Part shown: in pieces, positions 1-7,212 of the stretch | Numbering within the stretch: the first letter of the stretch is position 1 | How the letters are laid out: the number at the start of each line of letters is the position of its first letter | DNA from: Deltaproteobacteria bacterium | GTDB taxonomy: Bacteria > Myxococcota_A > Polyangia > Polyangiales > Houyiibacteriaceae | Assembly: GCA_034670305.1 (NCBI GenBank) | Contig: JAXMNT010000086.1 | Location: forward strand, 1-18,053 | Direction of reading: 5' to 3' | Length of the DNA: 18,053 nt | Notes under the pieces: model-generated | Seen by the model: the letters and a program-made list of their open reading frames with translations, nothing else | Databases searched by the model: none | What the model was told of the DNA's origin: nothing | Program-made: the position numbers and the translations under genes

Positions 1-124
1 CGCGATGCTCGTCGCGCTGATCAAGCGATCTGACCGCTGATCCGCGGGCAAGGGCAAAGGCAAGGGCAGGGGCAAGGGGCAGGCTGCGAGAACGCCCTGC
101 GGGCGTTCTTCAGCAACCTGCTAG
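1..124 (+). repeat. Left copy of a 124-bp perfect inverted repeat (reverse complement of 17930..18053); probable end of a multicopy element
   Basis: Base-by-base comparison: 1..124 equals the reverse complement of 17930..18053, and identity stops immediately after CTAG (121-124). Contains an ORF tail (2-40), a GGGCAA/GGGCAG tract (about 46-83) and a hairpin (80-120). Confidence 0.97.
2..40 (+). CDS. Partial CDS (3' end only, AMLVALIKRSDR*), probably a four-helix-bundle protein
   Basis: GCG ATG CTC GTC GCG CTG ATC AAG CGA TCT GAC CGC TGA. The AMLxxL C-terminus resembles the internal four-helix-bundle gene (CAMLYKLSR*); both share CGCGATGCTC and end in CCGCTGA. Only 12 codons are visible. Confidence 0.5.
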   Translation, partial: AMLVALIKRSDR

Positions 125-939
125 CGCACCTGCAGGGTGGCGACGGTGGGCCAGACTTCGTCGGTGACGGGTTGCGGCCGGTCGGGGCGGGTGAGGCCGA
201 TGGCGAGGCCGGCGCCGGCGATTGCGAGGGCGACGCCGATCCACAGCCAGGGGGAGCGGCGCACGCGCCGTTCGCTGCCTCGTCCGAGACCGGGTGGTGG
301 CAAGGGAACGACGAGTGAACGATGCGCGCCGGCGGCGAGGTCGATGTTGGTCTCGGCGAACCGTTCGTCGGCGGTCGTCACGGTGACGACGTGGGGGCCG
401 GGGTTCAGACGCGTGGTGCCGAGCACCCGTTCGCCATCCACGCGAACGATGGTGCCGGCGCCGCCGTCGTGTTCGATGCGGAGCTCTGCGACCTGGAGTC
501 TGGCCCGCTCGATGACGCCCTCCGCCTCCGCGCGCCCTTCGGCGCTGAGGGTGCCGAACTCGCCGGTGGTCAACGCGATGAGCACGACCTCGGCGCCGCG
601 CGGGTTGCCCATCGCTTCGAGCACGAGCGCGAGGTTGAACGCGGTGGCGGGGCGGGGCACGTCGGCGAGCGAGTCTTCGAACGCGGTTCGGGCGCGCGCG
701 AGTTGTCCCGCACGCATGGCCTCGACGCCCTCCCGGAAGCGCGTCTGTGCGGAGGCTCCGTCCGCGTGCACCGGGGACGGGAACAGCGTGAGCACAGCTG
801 CGATGGCGAGCACGCACGACGCCGCGGCCGTGGATGCGGCGCGCACTTGGTTTCCGCGCGCGCGTGTCTTCGGCGCAGGTTCCAATGGGCGCACCGCGGT
901 TGCCGAAGACCGCACCCTCAATGTTCGGTCCACGACCAC
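121..939 (-). CDS. TPR-like plus PEGA-like membrane protein (myxobacterial type); start uncertain
   Basis: Hydrophobic N-terminal segment, TPR-like helices (RFREGVEAMRAGQLARARTAFEDS...TAFNLALVLEAMG), PEGA-like beta region (IVRVDGERV...LNPGPHVVTV) and a C-terminal TM (SPWLWIGVALAIAGAGLAIGL). Overlaps the kinase stop, suggesting an operon. Its stop TAG lies within the CTAG at 121-124. Confidence 0.75.
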   Translation of the reverse strand: MVVDRTLRVRSSATAVRPLEPAPKTRARGNQVRAASTAAASCVLAIAAVLTLFPSPVHADGASAQTRFREGVEAMRAGQLARARTAFEDSLADVPRPATAFNLALVLEAMGNPRGAEVVLIALTTGEFGTLSAEGRAEAEGVIERARLQVAELRIEHDGGAGTIVRVDGERVLGTTRLNPGPHVVTVTTADERFAETNIDLAAGAHRSLVVPLPPPGLGRGSERRVRRSPWLWIGVALAIAGAGLAIGLTRPDRPQPVTDEVWPTVATLQVR

Positions 940-2306
940 CCACCGAGCCCGGCCGGCCGATCGGCCATGCCGGTACTGCGTTTGGCGCGGCGTCTCATGC
1001 CACGTCTCGGCGTGCCATCGCGAGGACCCTCGGTGGTGCCGAGGGTCTCGTCCGGGACCTCTTCCATGGTGGAAGAAGTTTGGATGGCATCGGCCGGGAC
1101 CACGACGGTGGTCCGCTGCTCCGTCGCGGACGCGTGCTCGACCGGGGCTTCGACCGCAGCGGTGTCGGCTGTAGGCATCGCGGCGGGCGTCGGCCGATCC
1201 GAATCCGAACTCGAAGTGGATTGTGCAACGACCGCGACGACCAGCGCGCCCGCCACCGCCACCGACGCCAAAGCCGCGACCCCGAGTTTTCCTCGCCAGC
1301 GCTTCGGCGCCACTGCGACGCCCACGGACAACACTGCGGTTCCCGAAGCCAGCACCGTGGCCTCCTCCGCCGCCATCAAGAGCGCGGGCAGATCCTTCTT
1401 CGCGTCGCCGGCGATCTCCTGGACGAACGCGGAGAGGTCGAGCGGCAGATCGTCGAGATCGAGCGCGGCTTCGTGCAGCGCGTCGGCGACCTCTTCGGCG
1501 GTGGCCGGGCGGGCGCCAGGGTCCTTGGCGAGCAAACCGAACAGGAGATCGACCAACGCGAAGGGCACGTCGGTACGGAACTCGCCGATGTCCGGAGGCG
1601 GCTCGTCCAGGATGCGTTCACCCGCCGAGCGGCCGTCCTCGTTTCGGTACAGCCGCTCGCCGCTGAGCGCTTCGAAGAGCAGCACCCCGAACGAGAACAG
1701 ATCGGAGCGCCGGTCCAGCGTTCGGTACTGAAGCTGTTCCGGTGAGAGGTAGCCGAGTTTGCCTTTGAGCACCCCGGTGGCGGTTCGGAGCGAGTGGCCG
1801 TGGGCCTTGGCGATCCCGAAGTCGGTCAGGCGCACGCTGCCGTCGAACCCCAGCAAGATGTTCTGGGGCGAGACGTCTCGGTGCACGAGTCCGAGAGAGA
1901 CGCCGGCTTCGTCGCAGAGTTCGTGTGCCGCGTGCAGACCCCGCGCGACGTCCCTCATGATTTGGAGCACGAGCGGCAGTGGGATGCGCTGCCCGCGCGA
2001 CGCGAGTCGGCCCATCACGACGCGCAGGTCGACCCCGTCGATGTAGTCCATCACGAGGTACGGACCGCGCTCGTCGATGGCGACCTCGTGCACCGCGACG
2101 ACGTTCGGGTGGTGGATCATGCCCGCGAGCCGGGCCTCCTCCAGGAACATCTGCTGGAACTCAGGATCGGAGTGAAGGTGGGGGTGCAACCGTTTGACCG
2201 CGTACGGCCGCCGCACGACGCTGTGGGCCCGCACGCACAGATCCACGAAGCCCATCCCGCCTTCGGCGAGTCGGCAGATCCGTCGAAAGCGTTCGGGGTC
2301 GGGCAC
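918..2306 (-). CDS. Membrane-anchored Hanks-type Ser/Thr protein kinase
   Basis: LAEGGMG, AVK, HRDVSPQNIL, DFG, GKLGYLSPE and DLFSFG motifs, then a TM helix (LGVAALASVAVAGALVVAVVA) and a low-complexity tail. GTG at 2306 chosen as start (the ORF track extends to 2483 but overlaps the divergent gene); TACCCT lies 6 nt upstream. Confidence 0.93.
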   Translation of the reverse strand: MPDPERFRRICRLAEGGMGFVDLCVRAHSVVRRPYAVKRLHPHLHSDPEFQQMFLEEARLAGMIHHPNVVAVHEVAIDERGPYLVMDYIDGVDLRVVMGRLASRGQRIPLPLVLQIMRDVARGLHAAHELCDEAGVSLGLVHRDVSPQNILLGFDGSVRLTDFGIAKAHGHSLRTATGVLKGKLGYLSPEQLQYRTLDRRSDLFSFGVLLFEALSGERLYRNEDGRSAGERILDEPPPDIGEFRTDVPFALVDLLFGLLAKDPGARPATAEEVADALHEAALDLDDLPLDLSAFVQEIAGDAKKDLPALLMAAEEATVLASGTAVLSVGVAVAPKRWRGKLGVAALASVAVAGALVVAVVAQSTSSSDSDRPTPAAMPTADTAAVEAPVEHASATEQRTTVVVPADAIQTSSTMEEVPDETLGTTEGPRDGTPRRGMRRRAKRSTGMADRPAGLGGWSWTEH

Positions 2307-2350
2307 GGGTTCAGGGTAGGGGGTCGGACCCACCGCACGCAATCGCGCGT

Positions 2351-3946
2351 GTGGACCACCCGTCTCGCGACGCGCACCAGGCCTGTACCGTGGTAAGAAC
2401 GTTCGTGGCCGACGAGCAGGGGCGCGAGGCGTACGAGCGGGGACGGGCCGGGGTCCTGGCCGAGGCCGCGCTCCTCGCAGCACTCGACGCAGGTGCGGCC
2501 GCCGAACAGGCCTGGGCCTGCGCGCTCCGTTGGCAGCGTTGGTTCGCCGGCGCGGATGCGCACCCGCCGAACTCGGACGCGCTTCGTTCTTTGAAGGTCG
2601 ACGACGCGTCCGCCCCCGCCCTCGATCGCGTGCTGCATCTCCACGCGCGGGCGCGCTGGTTGGCGCGGGACGCCGCCGCCGCGCGCGAGACGCTGGCCCA
2701 CCACGAGCAAGCGTGTGGCCGCACCATGCGGTGGTTGCTCTCGCGTGCGTGGGTGGAGGTCATGGTGGGCAGCCCGGCGTCCGCTCGCGCCGCCATCGCC
2801 GAACTGCAGGACGCTCCTCGGGCGGTGGAAGCGGAGGTCGTCATCGAAGCGGCGGCGCTCCGAGCGATGGGCGCGGTGCTCGGCGGCGATCTCGAAGAGG
2901 CCGTCTCTGTGGCGCGCCGGGCTTCGCGCATGGCGCGCACCGAGTCGTTTCCGCAGCAAGAGTATCTGGCGAACGTGGTGCTCGCTCGCGTGCGTCGTTT
3001 GTCTGGTCGGCCCTTTCTCGCGGCGCGGATTCTGGGAGTGCTCGACCGGGTCGCGCCGCCTATGTGGCGCAGCTGGATCGGTTGGGAGCGGCTCATGAGC
3101 GGCGACTCGGAAGGCGGTGCGGGCGAGGACCGCCACCACGCGAACGCGCTCGGAGCGTTGCTCGCCGCATTGGCGGAGGGGCGGCCGCCCACGACCGACC
3201 TGCCCCAAGAGGGTCTCTTCGGCACCGACGTGCACACCATCCTGGGCGTGTGTGGGCACACCGATGCGCCGGGATCGGCGGTCGCGCGTTGGCGGAGTGG
3301 CGCGGCGCTCGAGGTGCCGGACGGTCTCCAAGCGCTCGGTGCGACCGATCCCACCGCAGCGGTGGCGCTGGTGGTCGCGCTGCCGGGCGCGCGCGGCACC
3401 CGCGTCCTCGCGCTGAGCCGAGCGGCGCTCGAAGCCCGCGGTCACCGGGAGTTGCCGCCCGCTGCCGGCGCGCAGATGCGCACCGACTCCGCCATCGCGG
3501 AGCTGGCCCTGGCCGGCCCGGACGGGTTGGAGATCGACGACTTCTTCGCGCGGCTCTACGGGTTCGAGTACCGGAACGAACGCCACCGCAGCGTTCGCAA
3601 CATGCTCGTGCATCGGGTGGATCGCCGGCTCGAATCGGTGGGGACCGTCGCCCGGGAGAACGATCGAATTCGTTTGGTGACGGAGCATGCGTTCTTCCTC
3701 TCGGACCCGCGCTGCATCGCGCCGCCCGAAGAGCGTCTGCTCTACGCGGCCGCGGCGTGGGGCGCGCTCTCCTCGCGCAAGGCGGCGGAGCGTCTCGGCA
3801 TGCCGCTCCGCACCGCGCAAGAAGCACTCCGGCGTTTGGCCGAAGACGGCGCGTTCAAGGTCGAGCGGCAGCAGCGCGAGTTCGTGTACTCGCTCGAAGA
3901 CACGACGTTTCAAGAGCCCACCTGGATCGATCGTCTCGACAACTGA
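2351..3946 (+). CDS. Hypothetical regulator-like protein: Ala-rich helical (TPR-like) N-terminus and C-terminal winged-HTH-like domain(s); start uncertain (2351/2390/2405)
   Basis: 531-aa ORF with protein-like composition. C-terminal LSSRKAAERLGMPLRTAQEALRRLAEDGAFKVERQQREFVYSL is HTH plus wing-like, and a second candidate is IDDFFARLYG...SVRNMLVHRVDRRL. Divergent from the kinase. Confidence 0.65.
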   Translation: MDHPSRDAHQACTVVRTFVADEQGREAYERGRAGVLAEAALLAALDAGAAAEQAWACALRWQRWFAGADAHPPNSDALRSLKVDDASAPALDRVLHLHARARWLARDAAAARETLAHHEQACGRTMRWLLSRAWVEVMVGSPASARAAIAELQDAPRAVEAEVVIEAAALRAMGAVLGGDLEEAVSVARRASRMARTESFPQQEYLANVVLARVRRLSGRPFLAARILGVLDRVAPPMWRSWIGWERLMSGDSEGGAGEDRHHANALGALLAALAEGRPPTTDLPQEGLFGTDVHTILGVCGHTDAPGSAVARWRSGAALEVPDGLQALGATDPTAAVALVVALPGARGTRVLALSRAALEARGHRELPPAAGAQMRTDSAIAELALAGPDGLEIDDFFARLYGFEYRNERHRSVRNMLVHRVDRRLESVGTVARENDRIRLVTEHAFFLSDPRCIAPPEERLLYAAAAWGALSSRKAAERLGMPLRTAQEALRRLAEDGAFKVERQQREFVYSLEDTTFQEPTWIDRLDN

Positions 3947-3962
3947 GGTGCGGCACGTGACG

Positions 3963-5072
3963 ATGGGGACGATGCCCGCGACCCGAACCCCGCTCGGCTC
4001 GGCCGGCCTCCTGGTCGCATGGCTGGTCGCATGGCCGGTCGCGGGGCTGGTCGGGTGCAGCTCGAGCGCCGCACCGATCGCGGACGCCGGAGTGGACCAA
4101 GGGTTGACGATCGATGCCGCGCGGACCGACGCGCGCCGCGATGCCCCGCCGGAGATCTGCCCGTGCTTCGAAGGCGACGGCTCGTACTGCGGGGCGGACG
4201 CGGTCGAACGCGCGGCCGCATGGGGCTGCACCCTTCCAGACAGCGGCGACACCGACCTGCTGACCTGCCGAGCCGGGCGCTGGTCGTCGCCGACCCCTTG
4301 TGAACACGGATGCGTCGATGGAGAACCCGGGGGCGCTTCCTGCGATCTCGTGCGGTGCGCGTGTTTCGTCCGCGAGAGCTGGTGCGGCGCGAGCGCGCAG
4401 CGACACGCGCTCACCCTCGACCCGCCGTGCCGGGTTCCGCTCCTCCCAGCACACGAGCACGATCTGCTCGGATGCGACGGACGCCGCTGGATCGTGCTCG
4501 ACGATTGCGAGCTCGGTTGTCACGAAGCGCCAACCGGTCTCGCGGATGCGTGCAACCCAGACGCGTCCCCGGATTACCCCGGCTGGCCCGAGTGTCTGAG
4601 CCGTCCACGCATCGCGTACGGCGTGCACCCCGAAGCGTCCGACCGGCTTCGATGCGCTGGCATCACCTCCGACCGAATCGTGCAGACCATCGGCAGCGCG
4701 CCCGAGTCGGCCGGCGACCACGGCGTGGACGGGACCGCCGCTGGTGGCCAGCCCTACACGGCCGCCATCGATCTGAGCGTCACCGACTTGGACGACGACG
4801 CGATTCGCGGGGAGCTCCAGGCGCTCGGTCAAAACGGCTTCGCGGCCTGGTACCGCGCGCCCGGCGTCGACGGCTGGCCCCCAGACGGCGCCCCCCACAT
4901 CCACGCGGTGTTCGCGGGTGTCCCGATGAAGATCCGTTTGCGCCGACAAGTGCGCGCCTACCTCGCCAACGAAACCGGCCTCACCCCGGAAGAGCCCTAC
5001 CGCTTCTGGACCCCACCCAGAGACGTCCGCGACATCGTCGAGCTCCTCTTCACCCGCAACTACACCCCCTGA
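3963..5072 (+). CDS. Lipoprotein with two Cys-rich repeats and a putative LAS/M15-like Zn peptidase domain
   Basis: Lipobox LVGC after a hydrophobic stretch. Two modules CxC...(Y/W)CG...LLxC...W...CxxGC...C. C-terminal SAGDH...AIDL...GFAAWYR...PHIHAV (H...D...HxH Zn-ligand pattern). Start at 3963 or 3972; the track ORF from 3687 overlaps the previous gene. Confidence 0.7.
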   Translation: MGTMPATRTPLGSAGLLVAWLVAWPVAGLVGCSSSAAPIADAGVDQGLTIDAARTDARRDAPPEICPCFEGDGSYCGADAVERAAAWGCTLPDSGDTDLLTCRAGRWSSPTPCEHGCVDGEPGGASCDLVRCACFVRESWCGASAQRHALTLDPPCRVPLLPAHEHDLLGCDGRRWIVLDDCELGCHEAPTGLADACNPDASPDYPGWPECLSRPRIAYGVHPEASDRLRCAGITSDRIVQTIGSAPESAGDHGVDGTAAGGQPYTAAIDLSVTDLDDDAIRGELQALGQNGFAAWYRAPGVDGWPPDGAPHIHAVFAGVPMKIRLRRQVRAYLANETGLTPEEPYRFWTPPRDVRDIVELLFTRNYTP

Positions 5073-5100
5073 GGACAGGCGAATGACGACGTAGGATGGT

Positions 5101-5384
5101 TCGGCGTCGGCATCGGATTCGGATTCAGCGTCGGCGTCGGGATCGGTATCGGCATCGGCATCGGATTCGGATTCGGCTTCGGCTTCGGATTCGGATTCGG
5201 CTTCGGATTCGGATTCGGCTTCGGATTCGGATTCGGCGTCGGATTCGGGATCGGCTTCGGATTCAGCTGCCGCCACCGCTCCCGCTTCCGCTTCCGCTTC
5301 CGCTTCCGCTCCCGCTTCCGCTTCCGCTTCCGCTTCCGCTTCCGCTTCCGCGCCCGCGACCGCTCCCGCTCCCGCTTCCGCTTC
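5101..5384. repeat. Composite hexamer tandem array: (TCGGAT/TCGGCT/TCGGCG/TCGGCA)n block then (GCTTCC/GCTCCC)n block
   Basis: Directly visible 6-nt periodicity; blocks at about 5101-5265 and 5270-5384. Confidence 0.95.
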
Positions 5385-5402
5385 TTCGTTGGGCGGGTGG
5401 GT

Positions 5403-5530
5403 GCCCGGCGGGTGATCAAGCGTGCCGTCTGGCGGAACAGGCCTCAAGGGGGCCTTCGGCCCGGCGCCTTCGCGCCGCTTCGCCCTTGACCCCTGACCCG
5501 CCAGACGGGGGCGGCCTGCGGCCGCCGGGC
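5403..5530 (+). other. Highly structured leader (nested stems, two inner hairpins) upstream of the four-helix-bundle gene; candidate cis-RNA or ssDNA structure
   Basis: Perfect pairings: 5403-5411/5522-5530 (9 bp), 5425-5435/5498-5508 (11 bp), 5444-5450/5483-5489 (TCAAGGG/CCCTTGA). Inner hairpins GGCC-TTC-GGCC and GGCGC-CTTC-GCGCC. Alternative hairpin GGCGGCC-TGC-GGCCGCC at 5510-5526. Confidence 0.7.
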
Positions 5531-5565
5531 AACGTCGCTCGGTCGTCTTCACACAGGGGTCTCCG

Positions 5566-5880
5566 ATGATCGTTCTACAAACTTCTTTCGAACTCGTGCG
5601 TTCGCTTCGCGCTCAGGTGCTGCCGGCCGTGCGGAAGCACGACGCTTCGCTCGCTTCTCAGATGCAGCGGGCGGCGCAGTCGGTCGTGCTCAACATCGCG
5701 GAGGCTCGGCAGGCGCGGGGGCTGCGTTGCCACGACAAGTTCTCGATTGCGTACGGGGAGTGCAGTGAGCTGAAGGCGGCGATGCAGCTCGCAGAGGTGT
5801 TCGGGTACATCGAACTCGACGCGGGGCTGCTCGACCGGTGCGACCACGTCTGCGCGATGCTCTACAAGCTCAGCCGCTGA
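5566..5880 (+). CDS. Four-helix-bundle protein (23S rRNA IVP / bAvd-like, TIGR02436-type family)
   Basis: 104 aa with family hallmarks LASQMQRAAQSVVLNIAE, FSIAYGECSELKAAMQLA..FGYI and C-terminal AMLYKL. AGGGG SD-like sequence upstream. Confidence 0.9.
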   Translation: MIVLQTSFELVRSLRAQVLPAVRKHDASLASQMQRAAQSVVLNIAEARQARGLRCHDKFSIAYGECSELKAAMQLAEVFGYIELDAGLLDRCDHVCAMLYKLSR

Positions 5881-5886
5881 GGGTGC

Positions 5887-5912
5887 GGCCGGCGTCCATC
5901 TGGGCGCCGGCC
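5887..5912 (+). other. GC-rich hairpin between the four-helix-bundle stop codon and the downstream repeat array
   Basis: GGCCGGCGTCC-ATCT-GGGCGCCGGCC: 11-bp stem with one G-U pair and no U-tract. Confidence 0.6.
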
Positions 5913-6019
5913 GTTCCGCTTCCGCTTCCGCTTCCGCTTCCGCTTCCGCTCCCGCTCCCGCTCCCGCTCCCGCTTCCGCTCCCGCGACCGCTTCCGCGAC
6001 CGCTTCCGTTTCCGCGACC
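5911..6019. repeat. (GCTTCC/GCTCCC/GCGACC)n hexamer array, direct repeat of the 5270-5384 block
   Basis: Same unit and orientation as the upstream block; both contain the variant CCCGCGACCGCT. Confidence 0.95.
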
Positions 6020-6147
6020 TGCCGTTTCACCCCAACAAACACGGGCACGGCCTCCGGTGCCGGCCTCCCGGTCCAGCGCGCAGTGCTCGTTATCGTGGGT
6101 GTGGGTCCGCTTCCTCTAGCTTCCGGGAACTGGCTGAGGAGGTCGAC

Positions 6148-7122
6148 GTGGACAAGAAGAACGTTGGGTTGGGTGTGTGTGTGGCGGTTGTGTTCGGGAT
6201 GGGATGCACCGGGGAGATCCTCGAAATCGATCCCCTCGACCCCGGCTCGGCGCCTGAAGAGGTCTGGCACGAGGGAGAGATCGGCCCCGACGGAGAACAC
6301 ATCGAACACCATCTGGAGCCCCCGCCTGGCGAGGTCTGGCCCGAGTCGCCGGAACAATGGGCGGACGAGGAGACCTTCACGTTCGACGAGATGGACGACG
6401 AGGTCGGCGCGGTCCAGCAGGGGCTCTCGGTCGGTGTGTTCCAGCTCCCCTTCCCTTGTGGACAGGTCTGGGCGGGGTCGACCCGCAGCAGCCATAGCCC
6501 GCAGAACTCGATCGACTTCAACCGCGCGAGCGACTTCGGAGATACGGTCGTCGCGGCCGCTTCGGGCACCGTCTCGGTGGTCGGCAACACCGGGTCGACG
6601 AGTTACGGCCGGTGGGTCGAGATCGACCACGGCGACGGCTACCGCACCCGTTACGCGCACCTCAACAGTGTCTCGGTCTCGCGCGGCCAGCGATTGTCCC
6701 GCGGCCAGCGGCTCGGCACGGTCGGAAGCACCGGCGGTTCGACCGGCCCGCACCTGCACTACGAACTCCGCCGCTACGGAACCGCGCTGCGTCCGGTCTT
6801 CAACGGCAGCCGCGCGTACTACTTCGGCACGCGCAGCTACCGAAGCACGAACCGCTGTTCGACCTCCACGTCCGGAGCCAACGGCACCGTGCGGACCTCC
6901 GGTGTGGCCCTGACCGTGCGCAGTGGCCCAGGCACTGGCTACCGCGCCGTCGGCACGGTCTCCAACGGGCAGCGCCTTCGGATCCGCTGCCACAAGACCG
7001 GAAGCCGGGTCAACGGAACCTACGGCTCCTCGCGCCTCTGGGACTACATCGGCACCGGCTACGTCTCGGACGCCTACGTCTACACCGGCTCGGACGGTCG
7101 CGTCGCCCGCTGGTGCGACTGA
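6148..7122 (+). CDS. M23 family metallopeptidase with C-terminal SH3b-like domain; lipoprotein with acidic N-terminal region
   Basis: GAGGAGG RBS (6136-6142) before GTG; lipobox-like GMGC. M23 motifs H(SPQNSI)D, VVAAASGTV, YGRWVEIDHG, YAHL, VGSTGGSTGPHLHYE. SH3-like LTVRSGPGTGYRAVG...GYVSDAYV. Confidence 0.92.
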   Translation: MDKKNVGLGVCVAVVFGMGCTGEILEIDPLDPGSAPEEVWHEGEIGPDGEHIEHHLEPPPGEVWPESPEQWADEETFTFDEMDDEVGAVQQGLSVGVFQLPFPCGQVWAGSTRSSHSPQNSIDFNRASDFGDTVVAAASGTVSVVGNTGSTSYGRWVEIDHGDGYRTRYAHLNSVSVSRGQRLSRGQRLGTVGSTGGSTGPHLHYELRRYGTALRPVFNGSRAYYFGTRSYRSTNRCSTSTSGANGTVRTSGVALTVRSGPGTGYRAVGTVSNGQRLRIRCHKTGSRVNGTYGSSRLWDYIGTGYVSDAYVYTGSDGRVARWCD

Positions 7123-7140
7123 AGGCTCGCGGCGACCGAC

Positions 7141-7187
7141 AAAAGAGAAACGGCCGGCACCCTTTCGGATGCCGGCCGCTTCATTTT
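7141..7187. terminator. Probable bidirectional intrinsic terminator between convergent genes
   Basis: Stem CGGCCGGCA (7151-7159) / TGCCGGCCG (7170-7178), flanked by AAAAGAGAAA and CTTCATTTT. Confidence 0.8.
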
Positions 7188-7212
7188 GGAACGACGGTTG
7201 TGAGTGGAGCCG

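Noticed and set aside
5455-5488. Short matches to all three repeat units in the structured leader (TTCGGC, CCGCTTC, GCCCTTG) as a telomerase-like template
   Set aside because: Matches are only 6-7 nt in GC-rich sequence and no polymerase or RT is present. Cannot be told from chance without homolog covariation.
5060-5569. ORFs reading through hexamer arrays (5060..5419, 5096..5569, 3855..5552, 5838..6119, 9112..9915, 15371..16099)
   Set aside because: Dipeptide-repeat translations (RK, PL, AE, SA) arise automatically from stop-free 6-nt repeats. They lack RBS support and overlap better-supported genes.
5566-5880. Diversity-generating retroelement or 23S rRNA intervening sequence
   Set aside because: No reverse transcriptase, no TR/VR pair differing at adenines that I could see, and no flanking rRNA sequence.
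5101-6019. CRISPR array interpretation of the repeat tracts (also 9283-9438 and 15510-15810)
   Set aside because: Units are contiguous 6-mers with no unique spacers, and no cas genes are present.
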